Below, in pieces: positions 16,488 through 25,445 of a DNA stretch of 32,000 bases. A program made the position numbers and the translations under genes. The DNA lies in contig OZ245049.1 in NCBI GenBank assembly GCA_965224465.1, positions 870,001-902,000 on the forward strand. The letters are read 5' to 3'. Below the pieces are notes generated by a model. It made no database searches and was not told the DNA's origin. It worked only from the letters and a program-made list of their open reading frames with translations. The number at the start of each line of letters is the position of its first letter. The stretch's first letter is position 1. This DNA is from Flavobacteriaceae bacterium (GTDB lineage: Bacteria; Bacteroidota; Bacteroidia; Flavobacteriales; Flavobacteriaceae).

Positions 16488-18242
16488 ATGAAAGCTCTAC
16501 AATACTTAAATAAATATTTCTACGCCTATAAATACCGTTTGTTACTCGGTCTCTTCATTACCGTTTGTTCCAAGTATTTATCACTCTTAATACCTCCGTT
16601 AATTCGGGAATCCATTGACATGGCAGATGCCTATCGCACTGGAACTATTACAGATTTATCTTTGGTAAAAAGCGATTTATTACACAATATATTTCTTATT
16701 ATTGGCGCTGCTCTTTTGGCAGGCGTTTTTACTTTTTTAATGAGACAGCTTATTATTGTTACTTCTAGGTTGATAGAATTTGATCTCAAAAACGAAATTT
16801 ACGATCAATATCAAAAACTAAGTGTCAACTTTTACAAGAAAAATAGAACGGGAGATTTAATGAACCGTATTAGTGAAGATGTAAGTAAAGTACGAATGTA
16901 TTTTGGTCCCGCTGTGATGTACAGCATAAATATGATCATCTTATTTATCGTAGCCATTATAAAAATGGTAGAGATAGACGTTGTACTAACTGGGTATACG
17001 CTACTTCCCCTTCCTCTCCTATCACTTTCTATTTACATTTTAAGCAGGGTTATAAATACACGAAGCACCGTTGTACAACAATACCTATCTAAACTTACAA
17101 CCAATGCTCAAGAAACTTTCTCTGGAATTAGCATCTTAAAGTCTTATGGGATAGAACAAAAATCTATTGAAGAATTTGTGATCCTTACAGATGAAACCAA
17201 ATCAAAAAATATTGATTTATTCAAGGCACAGGCATTGTTTTTTCCTTTAATGATATTATTAATAGGTTTAAGCAATATCCTTGTTATTTATATTGGTGGC
17301 TTGCGATATATTGCTGGTGAAATTAGTATAGGTGTAATTGCAGAATTTATTATGTACGTAAACATGCTCACATGGCCTGTTGCTGTTGTAGGATGGGTAA
17401 CATCAATTATTCAACAAGCAGAGGCTTCTCAAAAACGCATCAACGAATTTTTAAATCAAAGACCAGAGATAGAAAATACGGCTACCGAAAAACACCGTTT
17501 AAAAGGAGCTATCGAATTTAAGAATGTTAGCTTTACTTATGACGACACCAATATTACTGCCTTAAAAAACATCAACCTTAAAATTAACCCAGGACAAACA
17601 TTAGGGATTCTCGGAAAAACAGGGTCGGGTAAATCTACCTTAATCAATCTACTCACACGCAGCTATGATATTGACCATGGAACGATAACATTGGATAAGA
17701 TAGCAATCAAGGATGTGAACCTCAATTCTCTTAGAGAACAAATAGGAATGGTACCTCAAGACTCCTTTCTATTTTCCGATACCATCAAAACAAATATAAG
17801 TTTTGGATTAGAGAATGCTTCTATGGAACAAATAGAACAAGCTGCTAAAAACGCTTATATACATGATAATATTATTAAATTCAAGCATGGATACGATACA
17901 TTTATAGGGGAACGAGGAGTGACATTATCTGGCGGTCAAAAACAGCGAATCGCTATTGCAAGAGCGATCATTAAAAACCCCGAAATACTTATTTTTGACG
18001 ATTGTCTTTCAGCAGTAGACACCAAAACTGAAGAAATCATATTACGCAACTTATATACAGTTAGCCGACATAAAACGACCCTAATTGTAAGTCACAGGAT
18101 CTCTTCTTTAAAAAACGCTGACGTAATTATAGTATTAGATCAGGGTAATATACTACAGAAAGGAACTCATAATCAACTCGTAAACATAGATGGATACTAC
18201 AAAAACCTTTATGAACAACAACTTTTAGAAAAAGAAGAGTAA
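16488..18242 (+). CDS. ABC exporter, fused permease/ATPase (MsbA-like)
   Basis: 584 aa. Six-TM N-terminal half. Walker A GKTGSGKST, signature LSGGQKQR, Walker B ILIFDD. Confidence 0.85.
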   Translation: MKALQYLNKYFYAYKYRLLLGLFITVCSKYLSLLIPPLIRESIDMADAYRTGTITDLSLVKSDLLHNIFLIIGAALLAGVFTFLMRQLIIVTSRLIEFDLKNEIYDQYQKLSVNFYKKNRTGDLMNRISEDVSKVRMYFGPAVMYSINMIILFIVAIIKMVEIDVVLTGYTLLPLPLLSLSIYILSRVINTRSTVVQQYLSKLTTNAQETFSGISILKSYGIEQKSIEEFVILTDETKSKNIDLFKAQALFFPLMILLIGLSNILVIYIGGLRYIAGEISIGVIAEFIMYVNMLTWPVAVVGWVTSIIQQAEASQKRINEFLNQRPEIENTATEKHRLKGAIEFKNVSFTYDDTNITALKNINLKINPGQTLGILGKTGSGKSTLINLLTRSYDIDHGTITLDKIAIKDVNLNSLREQIGMVPQDSFLFSDTIKTNISFGLENASMEQIEQAAKNAYIHDNIIKFKHGYDTFIGERGVTLSGGQKQRIAIARAIIKNPEILIFDDCLSAVDTKTEEIILRNLYTVSRHKTTLIVSHRISSLKNADVIIVLDQGNILQKGTHNQLVNIDGYYKNLYEQQLLEKEE

Positions 18243-18258
18243 TTAAAAAATTTTTCGT

Positions 18259-18266
18259 TAGATTTG
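18259..18266 (+). promoter_or_regulatory. Candidate -7 promoter element (TAGATTTG)
   Basis: TAnnTTTG match 44 nt upstream of ATG 18311. It overlaps the GTG used by the ORF track, which favours the ATG as the true start. Confidence 0.35.
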
Positions 18267-18310
18267 TGATTCAATCTAACCTAATTGATTTATTTAATAG
18301 ACCTAATATT

Positions 18311-18688
18311 ATGAGCGAAAAAGAACATATAGAGCAAGAGGAGATTTTTTCTCAAGTTCTAAGAGCAGGAAGAAGAACTTACTTTTTTGATGTAAGAGCT
18401 ACCAAAGCTGATGATTATTACTTAACAGTTACTGAGAGTAAGAAATTTACTCATGATGATGGATCTTTCCATTACAAAAAACACAAAATATACTTATACA
18501 AAGAGGATTTTACTGAATTCAGAGAAATGCTAACAGCTGCTACTGATTTTATAGTAGACGAAAAAGGAACAGAAGTGATTTCTGAAAGGCATCAGAGAGA
18601 TTACAAGAAACAAACAGAAGGTGAAGAAGAAGTATTAGAAGTTCAAACAGCTACTAGCTTTACAGATGTAAGTTTCGACGACATTTAA
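18311..18688 (+). CDS. PUR-alpha-like DNA/RNA-binding protein (DUF3276)
   Basis: FSQVLRAGRRTYFFDVRATKADDYYLTVTESKK...HKIYLYKEDF is the characteristic DUF3276/PUR repeat pattern. Confidence 0.75.
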   Translation: MSEKEHIEQEEIFSQVLRAGRRTYFFDVRATKADDYYLTVTESKKFTHDDGSFHYKKHKIYLYKEDFTEFREMLTAATDFIVDEKGTEVISERHQRDYKKQTEGEEEVLEVQTATSFTDVSFDDI

Positions 18689-18714
18689 GAACGTTTTATT
18701 TAAAAAACTTTCAA

Positions 18715-18747
18715 AAAAGACTCTAACGTATATTGGAGTCTTTTTTA
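18715..18747 (+). terminator. Rho-independent terminator
   Basis: AAGACTC ... GAGTCTT stem followed by TTTTTT, 30 nt after the stop at 18688. Confidence 0.6.
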
Positions 18748-18871
18748 TGCCCATTATATTCCCCTTCTTTAAAAACAAGTCTTGAGATATACAGCATCTT
18801 AAAGAATACAAAGAACTGTTTTGATGCAGGAACCAAGTCTTCTTTTAAAATGGCTCTCCGCTATACCATTA

Positions 18872-18958
18872 CAATACAAATAGGTTGTTTTACGTTCTAG
18901 CGTTGTTAAAAAACAGAACGATAGCTAAGCTACCCTTACATGTATCAACTAGCTATAC
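18872..18958 (+). repeat. Copy B (partial, 5' two-thirds) of the hairpin-rich repeat family
   Basis: Contains TTTTACGTTCTAGCGTTGTTAAAAAACAGAACGATAGCTAAG...CTAGCTAT. Lacks the terminal TTCCATT/AATGGAA module. Abuts copy C. Confidence 0.65.
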
Positions 18959-18970
18959 TACCAATTAAAA

Positions 18971-19122
18971 TCCAAAATGACCTATATAAATAGTTTGTTT
19001 TACGTGCTAGCGTTGTTGAAAAACAGAACGATAGCTAAGGCCATCCTTAGATGTATCACCTAGCTAAAACAAAAAACAATTCCATTCCTAAACCGTCAAT
19101 GGAAATGTATTTGGTGATATAG
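18971..19122 (+). repeat. Copy C (full length) of the hairpin-rich repeat family
   Basis: Collinear with copy A (1719..1860). Three arm pairs: CG(T/C)... AGAACG, TAGCTAAG/CCTAGCTA, TTCCATT/AATGGAA. Confidence 0.7.
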
Positions 19123-19169
19123 ACATTTAAAACACGTTCCTTCTAAGCCTTGCACCCTAGGCGCTGCAA

Positions 19170-19206
19170 CAAAAAAAAACCAAACTCATGAAACACAAGT
19201 TTGGTT
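19170..19206 (-). terminator. Rho-independent terminator after sucC
   Basis: ACCAAACT (19179-19186) and AGTTTGGT (19198-19205). On the minus strand the stem is followed by U9 (plus-strand A9 at 19171-19179). Confidence 0.65.
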
Positions 19207-19229
19207 CTTTTAAAAAGTATATTATTTTT

Positions 19230-20426
19230 TTATTTCGACAGTACTTCTTGTACTTTATCCGCTGCTTCTTGGAATTCCGTTGCAGAAATTAAATCCACAC
19301 CACTTTTATCCAATAATTCTTTTGCTTCCACAGCATTGGTACCTTGTAAACGCACAATAATAGGCACTTTAATAGCGTCTCCCATGTTTTTAAAGGCATC
19401 TATAACCCCTTGGGCAACACGATCACAACGCACAATACCACCAAATATATTCACAAGAATAGCTTTGACACCTTGATCTCTCAAGATCAATCTAAAAGCC
19501 AATTCTACACGTTTTGCATCTGCAGTACCTCCAACATCTAAAAAGTTAGCTGGTTCACCTCCAGATTGTTTGATTAAATCCATCGTACTCATTGCCAATC
19601 CAGCACCGTTTACCATACATCCAACATTTCCATCCAAATCCACATAGTTCAACCCTGCTTCGTTTGCTTCTACTTCAATTGGATTTTCCTCACGTAAATC
19701 ACGCAAAGCAGCCAAATCTTTATGACGGAATAGCGCACTATCATCTAAAGATACTTTTGCATCTACAGCTAAAATTTTATCATCCGATGTTTTTAACACA
19801 GGATTAATTTCAAACAATGAAGAGTCCGATTTTACATAAGCAGTATACAACGACGTTACAAACTTCACCATCTCTTTCATTGCCCCACCAGATAAGCCAA
19901 GGTTAAAAGCTATTTTACGTGCTTGAAAAGGCAACAATCCTAATAAAGGATCAATCTCTTCTGTAAAAATCAAATGCGGAGTATTCTCAGCTACTGCCTC
20001 AATATCCATACCGCCTTCGGTAGAATACATGATCATATTTTTACTCGTAGAACGGTTTAACAATACAGACATGTAATATTCCTCTGGCTCATTATCACCA
20101 GGATAATAAACATCTTCTGCAACTAAAACTTGGTTTACAAATTTCCCTTCTGGAGGTGTTTGCGGAGTAATCAGCGTCATTCCAATAATATCATTAGAAA
20201 TAGATGCAATTTCATCTAGGCTCTTCGCCAATTTAACACCACCACCTTTTCCACGCCCACCTGCATGTATTTGAGCTTTTACAACCCACCATTCAGTACC
20301 TGTATCTTTCGTTAATTGTTTTGCAGCTGCTACCGCTTTTTCTGAACTGTCAGCAACAATTCCGCGTTGGATACGAACGCCAAAACTATTCAGCAATTCT
20401 TTTCCTTGATATTCGTGTAAATTCAT
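19230..20426 (-). CDS. sucC: Succinate--CoA ligase (ADP-forming) beta subunit
   Basis: MNLHEYQGKELL...VVKAQIHAGGRGKGGGVK...NIFGGIVRCD canonical SucC motifs; 398 aa. Confidence 0.95.
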   Translation of the reverse strand: MNLHEYQGKELLNSFGVRIQRGIVADSSEKAVAAAKQLTKDTGTEWWVVKAQIHAGGRGKGGGVKLAKSLDEIASISNDIIGMTLITPQTPPEGKFVNQVLVAEDVYYPGDNEPEEYYMSVLLNRSTSKNMIMYSTEGGMDIEAVAENTPHLIFTEEIDPLLGLLPFQARKIAFNLGLSGGAMKEMVKFVTSLYTAYVKSDSSLFEINPVLKTSDDKILAVDAKVSLDDSALFRHKDLAALRDLREENPIEVEANEAGLNYVDLDGNVGCMVNGAGLAMSTMDLIKQSGGEPANFLDVGGTADAKRVELAFRLILRDQGVKAILVNIFGGIVRCDRVAQGVIDAFKNMGDAIKVPIIVRLQGTNAVEAKELLDKSGVDLISATEFQEAADKVQEVLSK

Positions 20427-20453
20427 TTAGAGTCAATTTTGCTTTTATAAACA

Positions 20454-20461
20454 CAAATGTA
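20454..20461 (-). promoter_or_regulatory. Candidate -7 promoter element for sucC (TACATTTG on the minus strand)
   Basis: Plus-strand CAAATGTA, 28 nt upstream of the sucC ATG. A second identical motif lies at 20515-20522. Confidence 0.3.
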
Positions 20462-20609
20462 ACAATCCTAACGTAAAGTTTAATTTTTTTTTGAAAAACT
20501 TATCATAATTGTAACAAATGTACTTTTTAACAGTCTTTAATGTGATTTAACAATTAATTATGAACGCAACCATCGTTTACTTAATAATTTTACATAAAAA
20601 CAAACACCT

Positions 20610-23021
20610 ATGAAATGTTTCATGTTCATAACATCATTATTATCAGTAATTTCAATACACGGACAGCATTTAACAAAGAAATCGATACATGCCGAACGTA
20701 TTCAAGAATCTCCTAAGATAGATGGTGTTTTAAACGAAGCTTTTTGGCTGGGTGCAGATCAAGCAAAAGACTTTGTAATGTTTAAACCAGGAGATGGAAA
20801 TCCAGAAACGGATAAAAAGACAGTCGTAAAAATCGCCTATGATGATGATGCCATCTATTTTGGAGCTATTATGTACGATCCAGATCCTAGTAGCATTCCA
20901 ACACAAGAAACCACTAGAGACAACATTGGAATTGCCGATTTTTTCCTTCTGAGCATCAACCCAAATAATGACGGACAAAACGATACTGAATTTTTAGTAA
21001 CCAGCGCAGGAACACAAGGAGATGCCAAACTGACTTCAAATGGTGAAGATTGGAGTTGGAATGCTGTTTGGGAAAGTGCCATACAAATAAATGATGATAG
21101 TTGGGTTGTGGAATTAAAGATCCCCTATTCTGCACTACGATTCTCTAACACAAATATAGCGACATGGGGATTAAATATGCATCGTCGTATCCAAAGTACA
21201 AATCAGCAATTTGTATGGAACTACATCGACAGAAGCTCTAGTTTATTCACCCAATTTTCGGGAGAAATAACTGGGATTTCGAATATAAAACCACCCATAC
21301 GCCTTAGTTTTTCTCCTTACGCCTCTATTACAAGCATCTCGTTTGATGGAGAAGACAACTTGAATTATAGCGTGGGAATGGATTTAAAATACGGAATAAA
21401 TGAAAGTTTTACGCTAGATGCCATTCTAATTCCAGATTTTGGGCAAACTGCTTTTGATGATGTAGTTTTGAATTTAGGCCCTTTTGAGCAACGCTACTCA
21501 GAACAACGATCCTTCTTTACAGAAGGAACAGAACTATTTGAAAAAGGAAAATTATTTTACTCTCGACGCATAGGAAACAGACCTACTGGATATTCCGAGA
21601 CTAAAGACCTCGTAAAAGACAATGAAACAATAGACAACCCAAACAAGGTAGATATGTTGAATGCAATCAAAATTTCTGGGCGCACCAAAGGAAATCTAGG
21701 AATAGGCATCTTCAATGCTATTACAGAGAAAACCTATGCTACAATCACTAATTCAGACACAAAACAGGTTCGGAAAATACTTACAGAACCATTCACCAAT
21801 TACAATGTACTTGTCCTAGATCAACAATTTAACAAAACGTCCTCTGTCTCTTTTGTAAATACAAATGTAACTAGAGAAGGCCATTTTAGAGATGCCAATG
21901 TATCCGGACTCCTCTTTAATATACGCAACAAAAAAAACACACACTATATTAATGGAAGCATAAAAATGAGTGCAATTCGTGAAAACAAAGCTACAACTAC
22001 GGGATTATACACAAATTTAAGTATCGGAAAATCTAGCGGAAACCATCAATACAAACTCGGAGGTACAAAAGTAAATAGTAAGTACAAAATAAACGACCTA
22101 GGATATAACCGTCAAAATAATTATAAACGCTTCTATGGAAACTATACCTATAGAATTTTCAAACCCAAAGGAAAATTTGATAATTATGGAATTAACATTT
22201 GGGGAAACCTCAACTATTTAGACAAACCAGACGTATATACCTCTAGTAGAATTGGAGCTAATTTTTGGGGTAACACTAGCAAACGTACCAATATAGGAGC
22301 AAATATTAACCTTAGCCCTGGAAAACAAAAAGATTATTACGAGCCTAGAACAGGTGATTTTTCACGTTTTTTTAAACAAAACGGAACGGGTCGCATCAAT
22401 TCTTGGTTCTCCTCGGATTATAGAAAAAAGTTTGCATTTGACATCAATGGAGGCTATTTCCACCGATTCTCTAATGATGGTAAAAGTTTCTGGATAGGAA
22501 TATCTCCTAGATATCGTTTTTCAGACAAATTTCAAGTAACCTACGGTTTTGACTTCGATAAAAACTTAGCGAAGAAGGCTTGGGCAACAACATTAGAAAA
22601 CAACACCATCATTTTCGGAATTCGAGATTCAAAAACAGTAGTAAACAGCATTTCCAGTGCATACAATTTTAGTGTGAAATCTGGTTTAAACCTTACCTTT
22701 AGACATTATTGGTCTCCTGTAACTTATCAACCCGTATTCTACACCCTTAACAGTCAAGGATTGTTGGATAAAAACAACTATTCAGAAGATTTAGATATCA
22801 ATTATAATAGTTGGAATTTTGATTTGAGCTATTCTTGGGAATTTGCCCCCGGGAGTCGATTTTACGCCATTTATAGAAATTCCTTATTTAAAAGAGACGA
22901 TTTAGCCGATTTAAATTTTGAGGAAAATTTAAAAAACGTATTCAATGAACCCCTCAAAAATATGGTTTCCTTAAAGTTTATTTATTACCTAGACTATAAT
23001 AAGGCAAAAAACTGGTTGTAG
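20610..23021 (+). CDS. DUF5916 / CBM9-like domain outer-membrane protein
   Basis: 803 aa. Signal peptide. N-terminal IDGVLNE.FW..A....DF....P..G...... KTVVKIAYDDDAIYFGA pattern of CBM9-like modules. Beta-rich C-terminus with alternating aromatic residues. Confidence 0.65.
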   Translation: MKCFMFITSLLSVISIHGQHLTKKSIHAERIQESPKIDGVLNEAFWLGADQAKDFVMFKPGDGNPETDKKTVVKIAYDDDAIYFGAIMYDPDPSSIPTQETTRDNIGIADFFLLSINPNNDGQNDTEFLVTSAGTQGDAKLTSNGEDWSWNAVWESAIQINDDSWVVELKIPYSALRFSNTNIATWGLNMHRRIQSTNQQFVWNYIDRSSSLFTQFSGEITGISNIKPPIRLSFSPYASITSISFDGEDNLNYSVGMDLKYGINESFTLDAILIPDFGQTAFDDVVLNLGPFEQRYSEQRSFFTEGTELFEKGKLFYSRRIGNRPTGYSETKDLVKDNETIDNPNKVDMLNAIKISGRTKGNLGIGIFNAITEKTYATITNSDTKQVRKILTEPFTNYNVLVLDQQFNKTSSVSFVNTNVTREGHFRDANVSGLLFNIRNKKNTHYINGSIKMSAIRENKATTTGLYTNLSIGKSSGNHQYKLGGTKVNSKYKINDLGYNRQNNYKRFYGNYTYRIFKPKGKFDNYGINIWGNLNYLDKPDVYTSSRIGANFWGNTSKRTNIGANINLSPGKQKDYYEPRTGDFSRFFKQNGTGRINSWFSSDYRKKFAFDINGGYFHRFSNDGKSFWIGISPRYRFSDKFQVTYGFDFDKNLAKKAWATTLENNTIIFGIRDSKTVVNSISSAYNFSVKSGLNLTFRHYWSPVTYQPVFYTLNSQGLLDKNNYSEDLDINYNSWNFDLSYSWEFAPGSRFYAIYRNSLFKRDDLADLNFEENLKNVFNEPLKNMVSLKFIYYLDYNKAKNWL

Positions 23022-23060
23022 AAAACCTTAAAATGAGTACTTTCGTTTTTTTTGAATGAT

Positions 23061-23723
23061 ATGATAAAAGCAAGCAATATACATAAGTTTTATGGTGATT
23101 TAGAAGTCCTTAAAGGAGTGGATTTACACATCAAAAAAGGAGAAATAGTTGCCATTGTAGGCCCTTCTGGAGCAGGGAAAACAACCCTATTACAGATATT
23201 AGGAACCTTGGATAAACCAAGCCCTCGGATAAGATCCACCGTAAAATTAAACAGAAAAAACATACTAAACCTCAGCGACAGACACCTTTCTGCATTTAGA
23301 AACAGTCACATTGGTTTTATTTTTCAGTTTCATCAGTTATTGCCCGAATTTACAGCTTTAGAAAATGTCTGTATCCCCGCTTTTATTGCTAATAAATCAA
23401 AAAAAGAAGCGGAAGAAAAAGCATTAGAATTATTAAAATTCTTAGGACTATCACATCGTTTACATCACAAACCTAGTGAATTATCTGGAGGAGAACAACA
23501 ACGTGTAGCCGTTGCCAGAGCTTTGGTAAATAACCCCGAAGTAATTTTTGCTGATGAACCTAGCGGTAACTTAGACACAGATGCTGCAAAAAATTTACAC
23601 GAATTATTTTTTACGCTTCGCGATACCTTTGGACAAACATTTGTGATTGTTACCCATAACCAGGCTTTGGCAGCAATGGCAGACAGAAAACTAGTAATGA
23701 AAGACGGCTTAATCATCAGGTAA
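23061..23723 (+). CDS. ABC transporter ATP-binding protein (LolD/FtsE-like)
   Basis: Walker [10 protein letters not shown], signature [15 protein letters not shown], Walker [13 protein letters not shown]. Start placed at ATG 23061. Confidence 0.8.
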   Translation: MIKASNIHKFYGDLEVLKGVDLHIKKGEIVAIVGPSGAGKTTLLQILGTLDKPSPRIRSTVKLNRKNILNLSDRHLSAFRNSHIGFIFQFHQLLPEFTALENVCIPAFIANKSKKEAEEKALELLKFLGLSHRLHHKPSELSGGEQQRVAVARALVNNPEVIFADEPSGNLDTDAAKNLHELFFTLRDTFGQTFVIVTHNQALAAMADRKLVMKDGLIIR

Positions 23724-23725
23724 AC

Positions 23726-24481
23726 ATGGATACCACACCAAGAATTGGAATTTTAAGTGCCATGCACGATGAAATTGACGCATTGTTAAAACAATTAAAA
23801 GACGTACAAAAAACAACCAAAGGACAACGCAGCTACTATACAGGAACCTTGTTTAACAAAAAAGTTGTATTGGTATTTTCTAGATGGGGAAAAGTTGCAT
23901 CTACCATGACTACTACCCAACTTATAAATGATTATAACTTAACAGAACTCATCTTCACAGGTGTTGCTGGTGGTTTACAAAATGATTTGAATATTGGAGA
24001 TATCATTGTTGGAGGAGATTTATTCCAACATGATTTGGATGCCAGTCCCCTATTCCCGAAATTTCACATCCCTTTATTAAATAAGGCTGGAATTACCACA
24101 GCTTTCAGTGAGAAATTACTAAAAGCAACAGCAGAGTTTCTACAAGACTTTAAACGTCATATAGATCCTAGTACTATTACTACTTTTAAGTTGGAACAAG
24201 TAAAAGCTCGTATAGGAACTATTTTAAGTGGGGATCAATTTATTTCTAGCAGTACTAAGATCAGTGAATTATTAAGTGATATTCCCCAAGCACAATGTGT
24301 AGAAATGGAAGGAGCTGCCGTAGCACAAGTATGCTATGAATACGACATTCCTTTTTCTATTATCAGAACCATTTCTGACAAAGCAAATGACAATGCAATG
24401 ATTGATTTTCCGAAATTCGCAAAAAAAGTTGCAAGTCTATATGCTGCTGGGATTTTAGAAATTTATTTTGGAATGGAATAA
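23726..24481 (+). CDS. mtnN: 5'-methylthioadenosine/S-adenosylhomocysteine nucleosidase
   Basis: IGILSAMHDEI...FTGVAGG...VEMEGAAVAQVC...IRTISDKA are PNP/UDP-1 family MTA/SAH nucleosidase motifs. Confidence 0.8.
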   Translation: MDTTPRIGILSAMHDEIDALLKQLKDVQKTTKGQRSYYTGTLFNKKVVLVFSRWGKVASTMTTTQLINDYNLTELIFTGVAGGLQNDLNIGDIIVGGDLFQHDLDASPLFPKFHIPLLNKAGITTAFSEKLLKATAEFLQDFKRHIDPSTITTFKLEQVKARIGTILSGDQFISSSTKISELLSDIPQAQCVEMEGAAVAQVCYEYDIPFSIIRTISDKANDNAMIDFPKFAKKVASLYAAGILEIYFGME

Positions 24482-24545
24482 ACAGATAAAACAACAAACT
24501 CTTTATTCGTAGTGTACAAAGAGCTTGTTTAATAAATTATTGTTT

Positions 24546-25070
24546 TTACTCGTACCGCAATTCTTCCGTAAATTCAACCCAAAAAGTAGCACCAATATAA
24601 TAATCATCAAAACCATCTTGTAGATTTACACTTTTCCCAACAATTATTTTATCACACTCCCATTTTTGTATCTCCAAATTAACGGGCCATTCCACAATTC
24701 CATCCACAGCATCTGGATGATTGACAGGACTAAATGGACTTTGATTGTTATAATCATCATAATGACGGATAAGGACTGGACAATCATCTTCTATTAAAAA
24801 AACAAGAATTCTATCTAACGAATATTCCTCCTCAGGATCATTATCATTCATTCCCTCTGGACTGGATGATTTTAAAAACAAGGTGTCTTGGGATTTTTTC
24901 CATTGCCATAAGCACATGCAATAGTCGCTTCCCGGTGCTTGAGTCTTCCACTTAGTAGTAATACCCAAATCATGTACATTACATGGTTTTAAAATTGGAT
25001 CTTCACTATTACTTTTATTACAACCAACAAAAAGCAACACCAATACATAAACTATAAACCTAATTTTCAT
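24546..25070 (-). CDS. Hypothetical lipoprotein (174 aa)
   Basis: Start set at MKIRFIVYVLVLLFVGC-NKS (ATG 25070). Cys- and Trp-rich with no recognised family. The longer track ORF upstream is a T9SS C-terminal-domain remnant fused in frame. Confidence 0.5.
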   Translation of the reverse strand: MKIRFIVYVLVLLFVGCNKSNSEDPILKPCNVHDLGITTKWKTQAPGSDYCMCLWQWKKSQDTLFLKSSSPEGMNDNDPEEEYSLDRILVFLIEDDCPVLIRHYDDYNNQSPFSPVNHPDAVDGIVEWPVNLEIQKWECDKIIVGKSVNLQDGFDDYYIGATFWVEFTEELRYE

Positions 25071-25445
25071 GACGTAGTATTTTTTCGAGTGTACTTTTCC
25101 CTCTTTAGTTATCAAATTAATCTGATACAATCCATTTTTTAATCCACTTAACAATTCCTTATTACTGGTTGCATTATTAATCTTCTGAGTACTTAATTTC
25201 GTTACTTCACTCGTGCGTATATTTACTGCTGTCCAAATTCATGAACTAATACTTTTTTCGATGAATACTTATCTTCAACAACTAATGTATATTTACCCCT
25301 TTGAGCAAAAGCTTCATAACCACTAATACCTCCGTTTACATATATTTTATAATTCGCTTGTTTATCATAAAATGAAGTTGGCCAAGTACTTTTAGTTCTA
25401 TAGTCATTTAGATTTGTAAAATGATAAAGACTATTTTTAAATACA

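Noticed and set aside
19201-19807. ORFs 19201..19476 and 19592..19807
   Set aside because: They are antisense to sucC, which is unambiguous.
20730-21082. ORFs 20730..20978 and 20855..21082
   Set aside because: They are antisense to the 803-aa DUF5916-like gene.
23465-23716. 83-aa ORF opposite the ABC ATPase gene
   Set aside because: It is antisense to a conserved gene.
25071-25154. N-terminal 28 aa of track ORF 24546..25154 as part of the lipoprotein
   Set aside because: That stretch is the end of a T9SS C-terminal sorting domain. A typical lipoprotein signal peptide starts at the internal ATG at 25070.
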